The position numbers and the translations under genes were made by a program. A stretch of DNA of 64,000 nucleotides, taken from the NCBI GenBank assembly GCA_904419725.1, contig CAJFSP010000001.1, forward strand, positions 193,814-257,813. Reading direction: 5' to 3'. Positions 19,734 through 29,521 of the stretch are shown piece after piece. The DNA comes from Candidatus Heteroclostridium caecigallinarum (GTDB lineage: Bacteria > Bacillota > Clostridia > Christensenellales > CAG-314). The notes beneath the pieces were generated by a model that did not search any database, was not told the origin of the DNA, and worked only from the letters and a program-made list of their open reading frames with translations. Position 1 is the stretch's first letter. Every line of letters begins with the position of its first letter.

Positions 19734-21853
19734 TACATGCTCTTCCTGTCTTTGATTTCCGCCATCTTCGCCGCGTTGAGCCTTGTGTCGCCTTTGACTC
19801 TGGAATAAGAAAGATAGCCGTTCATTCGTTCGATTTTTGTGAGATTTTTACTGCCGCATTTCGGGCAGACGTCCATGTCAAGTTCCTGGTGACCGCAGTC
19901 GTCGCAATAGGACAGCGAAAGGTTGACGCCCTCGTACAGCCCCATTTGCATTGCCCTGCGCACAAGCGATTTGATGGCTTCGATATTATAATCGATAGGA
20001 TATTTCACATACTGGATTTTGCCGCCGTTGCACAGATTCCAAAATCTGTTTTCTCTGTCCTGTTTTTCGATAGGCGTGATATCCTCGCTGACATGACAGT
20101 GAAAACTGTTTGAAACATACGGTCTGTCCGACACGTTTTCTATTATGCCGAACTCTTTGCGGAACTGCTCGATTTGCAGACCGCACAGACTTTCCGCCGG
20201 CGTGCCGTATATCGCGTAAAGCCTGCCGTCGGCTTCTTTGAACTCGTTGACCCTGTCGTTGATGTATTTAAGCGTTTCAAGGGCAAACTCGCCGTCTTCC
20301 GCTATCGACTTGCCGTTGTAAAGTTGCTGCAACTCGTTGAGCGCGGTTATGCCGAAAGACGCCGTGGCGGAAGCCAGCAAAGGTTTGATTTTGTCGCTGT
20401 ATTTGAGATGTCCGCCGTAAAAACCGCCCTCGCAGTAAGCCAGCGGGTTGGTGCTGGCGCGCATTTCCGAAAGATAGGCATAAGTGCGCAGGTGCAGGTT
20501 TCTGATAAGTTCGAGATAATAATCGAGCACCTCGTGGAAATCTCTGCTTTCCCTCTGCGCTTTGGCGTAAATCATCGGGAGATGCAGGCTGACGGCGCCG
20601 ATATTGAAACGCCCCACGAAAACCGGTTTGTCGTTTTCGTCGGCGGGTTTCATGCCGCCCCTTTCATACCACGGAGACAAAAACGCGCGGCAGCCCATCG
20701 GGCTTATGACCTCGCCGTATTTTTTATACATGCTCGGCACATAGCCTTCGCCCGTGAGCGAAAGCCAGTCGGGATACATCGTTTTTGCGGAGCATCTTAT
20801 GCCGGCCTCGAACACGTCTTCAAGCGGTTTGCCAGGGCCGTGCAGGTTTTCGTCGTAAAGAAAAATGAGTTTCGGGAAAAGCACCGGCTTTTTGCAGGAT
20901 TTTTTACCCTGTCCGCCGCGGCGCACGTCAAGCATGGTGATTGTCGCCATTTTGCCGAACCTGTCGGCGGCAAGCCCCGCCGTGACCGATATAAACGGAT
21001 AGTCGCCGCGGGAACTCGCGACGGTGTTGAATTTATACTCCCACCCCTGGAAGCCCTGCCTGAACGTCTCCTGAACGTCGTCCAAAGCCGCCTTGTCCGC
21101 CGCTTCTTCGCCCAGCCCGAGTTTCATGTATTTGTCTTTGAGCATGACGTAAGATTTTTCCGCGTACGGCGCCAGAATTTTATCCGCCTGCGGTATGGTG
21201 AAACCGCCGTATTGCTGGCTGGCGGCGGAAAGCACGATGTCGCCTATGACGTCGAAAGCGACGTCCAGCGTCTTGGGCTCGTTATACCAGAGATTGCCCA
21301 TTTCAAAACCGCCTTTTAGCACCGCCGCTATATCAAACAGACAGCAGTTCATGGTGTCGCGGCGGGCGGACATGTCATGGACATAAATATAGCCTTCTCT
21401 GCACGCCTGCAGCTCGTTGTTGTTGAGGAAAAACTTCTGGTACAGTTCTTTGTTGAGCTGGTTGAATATAAGGCTGCGCTTTGTGGACACAAGCGCGCTG
21501 TCGGAATTGCTGTTTTCCTTGTCGCCTATGTACATAATGGCCTGGCTCTTTTTATACACGTCGTCCAGCATGCGGACAAAGTCCTGTTTATAATTACGGT
21601 AATCCCTGTAACTTTTAGCGACTTCCGGCTTAATCTGTTCCAGCGCGCCTTCCACCACGTTGTGCATGGTGGCAATAGGGATTTTGTCGATGCCGAGGCT
21701 GGCGACCTTGCCGTCGACAAGCCTGCATATTTCGTCTTCTTCCTCTTTGGTAAAGGACACCAGCGCGCGGTAAGCCGATTTATTTACCGCGACGACGACT
21801 TTGCGTACGTCGTAATCCTCGTGAGTTCCGTCTTTTTTGATAACCTGAAGCAT
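19733..21853 (-). CDS. nrdD: anaerobic ribonucleoside-triphosphate reductase
   Basis: 706-aa ORF with a C-terminal Zn ribbon (CDDCGH...CPKCGS) followed by the glycyl-radical motif RMNGYLS. Confidence 0.95.
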   Translation of the reverse strand: MLQVIKKDGTHEDYDVRKVVVAVNKSAYRALVSFTKEEEDEICRLVDGKVASLGIDKIPIATMHNVVEGALEQIKPEVAKSYRDYRNYKQDFVRMLDDVYKKSQAIMYIGDKENSNSDSALVSTKRSLIFNQLNKELYQKFFLNNNELQACREGYIYVHDMSARRDTMNCCLFDIAAVLKGGFEMGNLWYNEPKTLDVAFDVIGDIVLSAASQQYGGFTIPQADKILAPYAEKSYVMLKDKYMKLGLGEEAADKAALDDVQETFRQGFQGWEYKFNTVASSRGDYPFISVTAGLAADRFGKMATITMLDVRRGGQGKKSCKKPVLFPKLIFLYDENLHGPGKPLEDVFEAGIRCSAKTMYPDWLSLTGEGYVPSMYKKYGEVISPMGCRAFLSPWYERGGMKPADENDKPVFVGRFNIGAVSLHLPMIYAKAQRESRDFHEVLDYYLELIRNLHLRTYAYLSEMRASTNPLAYCEGGFYGGHLKYSDKIKPLLASATASFGITALNELQQLYNGKSIAEDGEFALETLKYINDRVNEFKEADGRLYAIYGTPAESLCGLQIEQFRKEFGIIENVSDRPYVSNSFHCHVSEDITPIEKQDRENRFWNLCNGGKIQYVKYPIDYNIEAIKSLVRRAMQMGLYEGVNLSLSYCDDCGHQELDMDVCPKCGSKNLTKIERMNGYLSYSRVKGDTRLNAAKMAEIKDRKSM

Positions 21854-21907
21854 AAAATTTCCTCCTGCGGCGATAATTAAGCAATCTATGTTAAAAAACA
21901 GTCAAAT

Positions 21908-21955
21908 ACACAATATATTGTGTGCCATGACATCTTTTATCACTAAAAGTTGTAA
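21908..21955. promoter_or_regulatory. tandem NrdR boxes
   Basis: Box 1, ACACAATATATTGTGT (21908-21923), is a perfect 16-bp palindrome matching the NrdR consensus acaCwAtATaTwGtgt. Box 2, TCACTAAAAGTTGTAA (21940-21955), matches 10 of 16 positions. The centre-to-centre distance is 32 bp. Confidence 0.7.
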
Positions 21956-22085
21956 TTCATTATAAATAACGGCAAGCCGATAGTCAAGGGATGCGCGCCA
22001 AATATTTTCAACTTTTTTTGCCTGAAAATCCTTGACAAACCAAACGGCGTGTTTTGCGCCGAATACCGTTGACTTTTGGCGGGAT

Positions 22086-23354
22086 ATGACTACAATTTTT
22101 AACGTGGATAAAAAAGAAAGGTGCATACTGCACTGTGACCTTAATAATTTTTACGCCTCGGTGGAGTGCCTGCTCAACCCGTGTCTCAAAGGCTACTGCG
22201 TAGCGGTTACCGGCGACCAGGACATGCGTCACGGCATAGTGCTTGCCAAGAGCAACGAAGCCAAAGCCATGGGCGTCAAAACGGCGGAAGCCATATGGCA
22301 GGCGCGCAAAAAATGCCCCGACCTGATATGCGTTCCGCCCCATTACAACGCCTATGTGGAGTATTCCAAAAAAGTCAAGGAGATTTATGCCCGTTACAGC
22401 GACAGGGTGGAAGCGTTCAGCCTCGACGAATGCTGGATTGACGTGACCGACACGCTGCCGCTTCTGGGCAAGGACGGAAAACAGACCGCCGACGAAATCA
22501 GGGAAACGGTAAAAAAAGAAACGGGACTCACAATATCCGTCGGAGTGTCGTTTACGAAATCATTCGCCAAACTGGGTTCGGACATGAAAAAGCCTGACGC
22601 CACCACCGTCATAACAAAGGAAAACTTCCGCAAAACGGTGTGGAATCTGGACGTGGCCGACATGATTATGATAGGCAGAAAAACGGCGGAAAAACTCAAC
22701 AAATACAATATATTCACCATAGGGCAGCTGGCGAAAGCGGATGACTGGCTGATGAAAGACCTGTTCGGCGTGAACGGTATAAAAATTCTGGACGCGGCAA
22801 ACGGCAGAGACTTTACGCCGGTCGCCCTTTCCCACCAAGACAGGGACATCAAAAGCGTGGGTCACGGCACTACCGCGGCGAAAGACGTCGGCACATACGA
22901 AGACGCGTCGAACATCATATATTTTCTGTGTGAAATGATTTCCACACGAATGCGCAGATATAAAGTTAAAGGCAAAACAGTGTCGCTGGATATGCGGGAC
23001 ATCAGCCTTAACCACCTGACCAGACAGAAACCCATGCCGAAGCACAGTTTCGTCACCAAAGATATCGCCAAAGCGGCGGTCGCGCTGCTCAAAGAAAACT
23101 GGCGTCCCGACAGCGATTTGCCGCTGCGCACCATTACGGTAGCGGTTTCGGGGCTGGAAAGCAGCGAAGGCGGAGAACAGCAGGACTTTTTATACGACGA
23201 CGGCAGGAAGGCGGAAAAACTCGAAAACGCCGTGGACACGATAAGAGAAAAATACGGCTTTGCCGCCATTTCGCGCGCGAACTATTTCGGCTCTGACTTC
23301 ATAACCGACAAACAATGCGGCGACGACGATCTGCTGCCTTTCAAACGCGGATAA
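22086..23354 (+). CDS. dinB: Y-family DNA polymerase (Pol IV-like)
   Basis: Motifs ILHCDLNNFYASVE and SLDECWIDVT. The ATG at 22086 is chosen over the TTG at 22032. Confidence 0.85.
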   Translation: MTTIFNVDKKERCILHCDLNNFYASVECLLNPCLKGYCVAVTGDQDMRHGIVLAKSNEAKAMGVKTAEAIWQARKKCPDLICVPPHYNAYVEYSKKVKEIYARYSDRVEAFSLDECWIDVTDTLPLLGKDGKQTADEIRETVKKETGLTISVGVSFTKSFAKLGSDMKKPDATTVITKENFRKTVWNLDVADMIMIGRKTAEKLNKYNIFTIGQLAKADDWLMKDLFGVNGIKILDAANGRDFTPVALSHQDRDIKSVGHGTTAAKDVGTYEDASNIIYFLCEMISTRMRRYKVKGKTVSLDMRDISLNHLTRQKPMPKHSFVTKDIAKAAVALLKENWRPDSDLPLRTITVAVSGLESSEGGEQQDFLYDDGRKAEKLENAVDTIREKYGFAAISRANYFGSDFITDKQCGDDDLLPFKRG

Positions 23355-23384
23355 AAAAAGACGGGATTACCCGTCTTTTTGTTT
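23354..23384. terminator. bidirectional intrinsic terminator
   Basis: AAAAAGACGGG ATTA CCCGTCTTTTT between convergent dinB and metH. Confidence 0.8.
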
Positions 23385-23389
23385 TCCGC

Positions 23390-25732
23390 TTACCTGCCGA
23401 AAACGGCTTCGAGTTTGCGCACCGCTTCCTGGGCGTCTTTTGAATAAACGTCGGCGCCTATCGAGTCGGCGAAACTCTGCGTAACGACGGCGCCGCCCAC
23501 CGCAACGACTATGTTTTTGTCGTACGCCTTGATTTTTTTCACGATATCCGCCATGTTGTCCAGCGTGGTGGTCATAAGCGCGGACAGCCCCACTATCGAC
23601 GGTTTATATTTGTCGATATTTTCCTTTATCTTTTCAAATCCGACGTCTTTGCCCAAATCTATGATTTTGTATCCGTAATTGGACAGCACCGCTTTGACGA
23701 TATTTTTGCCTATGTCGTGGACGTCGCCCTTTACGGTGGCGATGAGCATGACGGCTTTTGCCGCCGACGACTCAGTCATGTACGACGCTTTAATTTCGTC
23801 AAGAAGAACTTTCGCGCTTTCGGCGCCGGCGATGAGCTGCGGCAAAAAAGCTTTGCCCTCTTCGTATCTGCGCCCCAACTCGTTGAGCGCCGGTATAATG
23901 TCGCCGTCTATGACGGACATAAAGTTGTCTTTATTTATCTTTTCCTTAAACAGCCGCCCGCACTCGCCTTTGAGCCCTTTGAGCACGGCGTCGAACACGC
24001 CCACTTCTTTGGAGGCGGTTTCTTCCGCCTTTATGCCGCCCACGTTGGCTATATAATCGGCGCAGCCTTTGTCCTGCCCCGCCAGCGCTTTTCGCGCGTA
24101 TTTATCGGCGCGCGGTTTGAGCGTCGGATTTATGATGGCGGCGGTGAGTTTCATTTCAATCATCTGCCGCAGAAACTCGCCGTTGATGACGTTTCGGTTA
24201 GGCAGGCCGAAAGACACGTTGGACAGCCCCAAAACCGTCTTGACCCCCATTTCAGTCAGACGTCTGACCGTTTCGGCGGTAACGGCGGCGTTATTGTCGT
24301 TGACGCTGACCGCCATGGTCAAAGCGTCGATGAGAATTTTATCTCTTTCGACGCCGTATTTCTCGGCCCCGTCCAGAATGCGGCGGGCGATTTCAAGGCG
24401 CTTTTCCGCCGTTTCGGGCACGCCGTCGCCGTCAAGGCACAGACCTATCACATAAGCGCCGTACTTTTTCGCCAGCGGAAAAACGTCAGCCATGCTCTGT
24501 TCCTCACCGTTGACGGAATTTATGATTACGACGCCCACGGCGTGGCGCAGCGCTTCTTCGAGCGCGGTTTTTCTGCTGGTGTCGACGCAAAGCGGAAGTT
24601 CCGACACGGCCTGCACCGCGTCCACCGCTTTGACAAGGCATTCTTTTTCGTCAATGCCGCCCATGCCGACGTTGACGTCCAGAATCTGCGCGCCCGCTTC
24701 CGTCTGCTCAACGGCGAGCGACACGAGATAGTCGAAATCTCCGTCCGTCAGTGCCTGTTTAAGGCGCGGTTTGCCCGTCGGGTTTATCCTTTCGCCTATG
24801 ACAAGCGTCGGGCTCAGCGGCACCACTTTCGACGCGCTGCACACGGCGTCGGTTATGTTGCCGAAAATTCTGTACGGTTTGCCCTCCGTCGCTTCTTTGG
24901 TCTTTTTTATATATTCCGCCGTGGTGCCGCAGCAGCCGCCCAGCATGGATATGCCTAGGTCGGCTATTTTCGACATCTGTTCGGCGAACAGGTCGGCGTC
25001 CACGTCGTAAAAAGTTTTTCCGTCTTTGAAATAAGGCATGCCGGCGTTCGGTTTGACAAACACCGACACGGAAGCGTATTTGGTCAGTTCCAGAGCGTTT
25101 TCGTACATCATGTCGGGCCCCATGCCGCAGTTGACGCCCAGCGCGTCCACCCCTAGCCCCTGCGCCGTCAGCACAAAACCGCCTATACTGACGCCCGTGT
25201 AAGTGCGTTTATTGCTCTCAAAAGACATGCTCGCCCAGACCGGCAGGTTTGTATGCTCCCTGAAAGCCAGAATCGCCGCTTTAAGTTCTTTCAAATCGGT
25301 TATGGTTTCAAGCACGACGCAGTCAACGTCGAGATTCGCCACTATTTCCGCCTGCTCTCTGAAACAGTCGTAAGCCTCGTCAAACGTCATGGAGCCGAAA
25401 GGTTCCAGCAGTTCGCCGAGCGGCCCGCACGAATAGCCGACGTATCTGTCATCTCCTGCCGACAAGCGCGCGGTTTTCACGGCGGCGGTAATGATTTGTC
25501 TGAGGTTTTCACCCGGCAGTTTGAGCCTGTTGGCCCCGAAAGTGTTTGTATAAACAATGTCGCTTCCCGCGGCGAAATAATCGTCGTGAATCTTTTTTAT
25601 GGCGGACGGCGAAGAAAGGTTGAGTTTCTCCGCGCCGTTTGTGGAATACCCCATTGATATCAGGGTGCTGCCCATGCCGCCGTCCAGATAAAACCGTCCG
25701 CAGCGTATCCTGCGGCTTATAAAATCTCTCAT
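23390..25732 (-). CDS. metH: methionine synthase, three-module form (Hcy-binding, pterin-binding and B12-binding) lacking the activation domain
   Basis: It has an N-terminal homocysteine S-methyltransferase module (GGCCGTT), a pterin-binding barrel and a C-terminal cobalamin module with DVHDIGKN (DxHxxG), GLSALMTT and VGGA. The start is set at the ATG at 25732, behind the RBS AGAGGTGA. Confidence 0.9.
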   Translation of the reverse strand: MRDFISRRIRCGRFYLDGGMGSTLISMGYSTNGAEKLNLSSPSAIKKIHDDYFAAGSDIVYTNTFGANRLKLPGENLRQIITAAVKTARLSAGDDRYVGYSCGPLGELLEPFGSMTFDEAYDCFREQAEIVANLDVDCVVLETITDLKELKAAILAFREHTNLPVWASMSFESNKRTYTGVSIGGFVLTAQGLGVDALGVNCGMGPDMMYENALELTKYASVSVFVKPNAGMPYFKDGKTFYDVDADLFAEQMSKIADLGISMLGGCCGTTAEYIKKTKEATEGKPYRIFGNITDAVCSASKVVPLSPTLVIGERINPTGKPRLKQALTDGDFDYLVSLAVEQTEAGAQILDVNVGMGGIDEKECLVKAVDAVQAVSELPLCVDTSRKTALEEALRHAVGVVIINSVNGEEQSMADVFPLAKKYGAYVIGLCLDGDGVPETAEKRLEIARRILDGAEKYGVERDKILIDALTMAVSVNDNNAAVTAETVRRLTEMGVKTVLGLSNVSFGLPNRNVINGEFLRQMIEMKLTAAIINPTLKPRADKYARKALAGQDKGCADYIANVGGIKAEETASKEVGVFDAVLKGLKGECGRLFKEKINKDNFMSVIDGDIIPALNELGRRYEEGKAFLPQLIAGAESAKVLLDEIKASYMTESSAAKAVMLIATVKGDVHDIGKNIVKAVLSNYGYKIIDLGKDVGFEKIKENIDKYKPSIVGLSALMTTTLDNMADIVKKIKAYDKNIVVAVGGAVVTQSFADSIGADVYSKDAQEAVRKLEAVFGR

Positions 25733-25733
25733 A

Positions 25734-26390
25734 TCACCTCTTGAACTCACAGCAGGAGCAGCATGAGGAACATTTGTCCGCCATTGCCTCGCCGCCGCCC
25801 ACCGTTTCGAAAGACATGTCTTTTACGCCCATCAAGGCGGTGACCGTTTTGTTTGGATACATCATATTGTTTTCGTTGAGTTTGACGCCGAGTATTTTTC
25901 CCGCCCCGAGAATATCCAGAATATCTTTCTGGCATTCCAGCGGAAAATCCCCGTAGCCGCAGCTTATGCGCCGTGTGACGCTTCTGCCTCTCGCCGCTTC
26001 TCTCGCCGCTATTGCGCCGTCTATGTCGTCGCAGCAGCTCTCAATCATGGTTGTCAGCACGCAGTCGCTGACAATGCCCTCCACCGCGCCGAGAGCGGCC
26101 TGCTTTTTCATGAACAATTCCGACTCGAGGGTAAGGGTGGCGGCGAAAATATAAATTTCGTCGCAGCCGTCGAAAGTTTTTCTGACCAGATTGCCGCCGA
26201 AAACAATATCCGTGCCTTTAAGGCGCAGACCTTCTTCTGTCCATTCGACGGCGAATTTGTTTATTATGCTCTTCGGGCACAGTTCGGCGGACGCCTTGTC
26301 GGCGACGCGCCGAATAGTTTCGTCCAGCCCTTCGTATCCGCCGCCTTTTACGCGCAGATATCTTTTTACTTCGTTAATGTCTATATTCAC
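25734..26390 (-). CDS. methionine synthase activation (reactivation) domain protein with a Cys-rich tail
   Basis: 218-aa ORF resembling the MetH AdoMet-binding activation module (...RISCGYGDFPLECQKDILDIL...). The C-terminus is KCSSCCSCCEFKR. Its start overlaps the metF stop as ATGA. Confidence 0.75.
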   Translation of the reverse strand: MNIDINEVKRYLRVKGGGYEGLDETIRRVADKASAELCPKSIINKFAVEWTEEGLRLKGTDIVFGGNLVRKTFDGCDEIYIFAATLTLESELFMKKQAALGAVEGIVSDCVLTTMIESCCDDIDGAIAAREAARGRSVTRRISCGYGDFPLECQKDILDILGAGKILGVKLNENNMMYPNKTVTALMGVKDMSFETVGGGEAMADKCSSCCSCCEFKR

Positions 26391-27235
26391 TCTTTCGCAC
26401 CTTCAAGCAAACTGCCGATATTTCTGTAAATGTCTTCCGCCGTTTTAGGCCTGTTCATGGAATAAAGATGTATGCCTTCCGCCCCGTTTGACAGCAAATC
26501 GGTTATCTGCGACACGGCGTAATTTATGCCTGCCTGATAAAACGCTTGGGCGTTGTGCTCGAAACGCGCGACCGCTTTGGTTATCGCCGCAGGCAGTTTG
26601 CTGCCCGAAAGCGATACGATGCGCAAAATCTGTTTGGCGTTTGTTATCGGCATGATGCCGGCGCTTATCGGAGCGTTTACGCCCGCCGCGGCGAAAGCGT
26701 CGCGCATGCGGTAGAAATCCTCGTTATCGTAAAACAGCTGTGACACGAAACGGGTCACGCCCATATCGTATTTGCGTTTGGCGACTTCCACGTCGGCGGC
26801 GAAATTTTTGCTTTCGCTGTGCCCCTCCGGATAACACGCCGCGTAAACCTCGAAACCGCCGAAATCGTTTATAAACGCGATTAAATCGTCGGCGTGGCGG
26901 AAGTCGCCCAGCGACGCTTCGCCTTCGGGAAGGTCGCCCCTGAGGGCGAGTATCCGTTTTACGCCCCTTGCCTTGAAGTCGGAGAGAGTGTCCCTGATGT
27001 TGTCCTTTGTGGCGCCGACGCATGTCAGGTGCGCCACGCCAGGTATGGCAAGGCTGCCGGAAATATACCCGCTGATTTCGGCGGACAGACCCCTTGCCGT
27101 GCCGCCGGCGCCGTAAGTCACGCTGATAAAATCGGGCGACAGAGCCGCGAACTGCTCCAGCGTGTTGTAAATTTCGCCTACCGCCGTACTGTCCTTCGGC
27201 GGAAAAACCTCGATTGAAAAAGTAAGATTGCTCAT
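26387..27235 (-). CDS. metF: methylenetetrahydrofolate reductase
   Basis: MetF-type TIM barrel (FSIEVFPPK, ILALRGD). The start is set at the ATG at 27235, behind the RBS AGGTGA. Confidence 0.9.
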   Translation of the reverse strand: MSNLTFSIEVFPPKDSTAVGEIYNTLEQFAALSPDFISVTYGAGGTARGLSAEISGYISGSLAIPGVAHLTCVGATKDNIRDTLSDFKARGVKRILALRGDLPEGEASLGDFRHADDLIAFINDFGGFEVYAACYPEGHSESKNFAADVEVAKRKYDMGVTRFVSQLFYDNEDFYRMRDAFAAAGVNAPISAGIMPITNAKQILRIVSLSGSKLPAAITKAVARFEHNAQAFYQAGINYAVSQITDLLSNGAEGIHLYSMNRPKTAEDIYRNIGSLLEGAKE

Positions 27236-27394
27236 AATTATCACCTACGCATATAATAAAATAATTTTGCCGATAAGTAAAGAAAACGACAAAGTTTTAG
27301 CCAACAAAAGCGGCGCCGCCGCCCGTGTTTGTTTGCTCAAACGCTTTTTTGATGTTATAATGGACGCAAACATTATAATCACACGGAGAAAGAT

Positions 27395-27664
27395 ATGAAA
27401 GCGATTATTTCCGTAATTGGTCAGGACAGACTGGGCGTAATTGCCAAGGTAAGCGGCAAACTGTTTGAGATGAACATCAACATCGAAGATATCTCGCAGA
27501 CAATCATGCAAAACTATTTTACCATGATTATGATGGTGGATACTTCCAAAAGCGGCTTGTCTTTTACCGAAATGGCGGAAGAAATGGAAAAACTCGGCAA
27601 AGAAATCGGCATGGACATAAGAATGCAAAGCGAAAGCATATTCAACGCCATGCATAAAATCTGA
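27395..27664 (+). CDS. ACT domain protein (UPF0237 family)
   Basis: 89-aa [24 protein letters not shown] is the typical ACT beta1-loop-alpha1. Confidence 0.85.
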   Translation: MKAIISVIGQDRLGVIAKVSGKLFEMNINIEDISQTIMQNYFTMIMMVDTSKSGLSFTEMAEEMEKLGKEIGMDIRMQSESIFNAMHKI

Positions 27665-27672
27665 GGTGCCAC

Positions 27673-29022
27673 ATGCTGTCAAAAGACGAAATACTCGAAA
27701 CAATAAGCATGATAAGTTCGCAGCACCTTGACGTGCGCACCATCACAATGGGCATATCCCTTCTGGACTGCATAGGCGACACGGCGCGGGAAACCTGCGA
27801 GCGGGTGTATAAAAAAATAACCGACAAAGCCAAAAATCTGGTTAAGGTCGGCAATGACATACAGTCGGAATTCGGCGTTCCGATTGTCAACAAACGCATA
27901 AGCGTGACCCCGGTAAGTCTCATCACGGCGAGAACGGGCGGCAGCATAGAAGTGGCGAAAACTCTTGACAAATGCGCCGAGGAAGTCGGCGTTGACTTTA
28001 TAGGCGGATATTCCGCCCTGGTGCAGAAAGGCATGACGGATTTCGAAAGAGAGTTCCTTTACACCATTCCGCAGGCGCTGGCGTGCACGTCTAAAATGTG
28101 TTCGTCGGTAAACGTCGCCTCCACAAAAACCGGCATAAATATGGACGCCGTTAAAATTATGGGCGAAATCATAAAGGAAACGTCCTATCTCACCAGAGAG
28201 CAGGGAAGCATAGGCTGCGCCAAATTCGTGGTATTCGCCAACGCCGTCGAGGACAACCCTTTCATGGCGGGCGCGTTTCACGGCGTGGGCGAGGCGGACG
28301 TCGTCATCAACGTGGGCGTCAGCGGCCCGGGCGTCGTAAAAGTGGCGCTGGAACAGATTAAAGACGGCGACCTGACGCAGGTGGCGGAAACGGTCAAGAA
28401 AGTGGCGTACAAAATCACCCGCGTCGGGCAACTCGTGGCGCAGGAAGCCAGCAAAAGACTGAACGCCAATTTCGGCATAATCGACCTTTCACTTGCCCCT
28501 ACTCCCGTCATGGGCGACAGCGTGGGACATATTCTGGAAGAAATGGGTCTGGAATGCGTGGGCGCCTACGGCACGACGGCGTGCCTGGCCCTGCTCAACG
28601 ACGCCGTCAAGAAAGGCGGCATAATGGCGAGTTCACACGTGGGCGGGCTCAGCGGCGCCTTCATCCCCGTGAGCGAGGACATCGGCATGATAAACGCCGT
28701 AAACAAAGGTTGTCTCAAACTGGAAAAACTCGAAGCCATGACGGCGATATGCTCCGTCGGGCTGGACATGGTCGCCGTGGGCGGCGACACCCCTGCCGAC
28801 GTGCTGTCGGCCATGATTGCCGACGAATGCGCCATAGGCGTGGTAAACAACAAAACCACGGCGGTGAGAGTAATCCCCGTGTACGGCAAAAACAGCGGCA
28901 GCGTGAATTTCGGCGGTCTGCTGGGCACGGCGCCTATAATGCCGATAAACACCGCTTCGCCTTCTAAATTTATTTCAAGGGGCGGCAGAATCCCGGCGCC
29001 TGTATGGGCAAACAAAAACTGA
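27673..29022 (+). CDS. UPF0210 (DUF711) family protein
   Basis: 449-aa ORF with the N-terminus ...[16 protein letters not shown] characteristic of the UPF0210 family. It forms the conserved pair with the upstream ACT protein. Confidence 0.85.
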   Translation: MLSKDEILETISMISSQHLDVRTITMGISLLDCIGDTARETCERVYKKITDKAKNLVKVGNDIQSEFGVPIVNKRISVTPVSLITARTGGSIEVAKTLDKCAEEVGVDFIGGYSALVQKGMTDFEREFLYTIPQALACTSKMCSSVNVASTKTGINMDAVKIMGEIIKETSYLTREQGSIGCAKFVVFANAVEDNPFMAGAFHGVGEADVVINVGVSGPGVVKVALEQIKDGDLTQVAETVKKVAYKITRVGQLVAQEASKRLNANFGIIDLSLAPTPVMGDSVGHILEEMGLECVGAYGTTACLALLNDAVKKGGIMASSHVGGLSGAFIPVSEDIGMINAVNKGCLKLEKLEAMTAICSVGLDMVAVGGDTPADVLSAMIADECAIGVVNNKTTAVRVIPVYGKNSGSVNFGGLLGTAPIMPINTASPSKFISRGGRIPAPVWANKN

Positions 29023-29044
29023 TTCACCGCAAAAAAAAGACGCC

Positions 29045-29521
29045 TCAGGCGTCTTTTTTCAATGTCTTTTTCATATAAATCACGTTTGGCAGCGGATTGA
29101 GATAATACGGCTCCGTCCGCTCGAAACCGAGTTTTTCGTAAAGACTCACGGCGTTTGTCATTGTGTCCAGCGTGTCGAGATACATCACGGCGTATCCCGC
29201 TTTCGTTGCTCTCGACACGGCGATTTCCGCAAGTTTCTTGCCTATGCCGAACCGACGGTATTTCGGCCTGACGTACAGCCGCTTCATTTCGCACACGCCG
29301 CCGCCCCTGTCTTTATAAGCCACGCAGCCCACCGCTTCGCCCCTGATTTTGGCGACGAAAAGACAGCCGCCTTCTTCTTTGGCGTATTTATACGGCAGGT
29401 TTGCTATTTCCGCTTCAAAATCCTGAAAATCCAGGCTGCACTCCAAATCCGCCGCGTATTCCAGAAACAGCGCTCTTATTTCGTCCAGGCAGTCAAATGC
29501 TTCTTTTACGGCAACTTTCAT
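29045..29521 (-). CDS. GNAT family N-acetyltransferase
   Basis: 158-aa ORF with the acetyl-CoA motif RPKYRRFGIGKKL. Confidence 0.85.
   Translation of the reverse strand: MKVAVKEAFDCLDEIRALFLEYAADLECSLDFQDFEAEIANLPYKYAKEEGGCLFVAKIRGEAVGCVAYKDRGGGVCEMKRLYVRPKYRRFGIGKKLAEIAVSRATKAGYAVMYLDTLDTMTNAVSLYEKLGFERTEPYYLNPLPNVIYMKKTLKKDA

Noticed and set aside
21854-22085. LexA (Cheo box, CGAACnnnnGTTCG) upstream of the Y-family polymerase gene
   Set aside because: No match was seen. The only strong palindromes in the spacer are the NrdR boxes, which belong to nrdD.
27245-27394. Possible S-box (SAM) riboswitch upstream of metF
   Set aside because: The leader from a plausible promoter (TTTACT-17 nt-TATTAT) to the ATG is only about 25 nt. 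No S-box core (e.g. GAGGGA...GCAACC-type helices) is visible.
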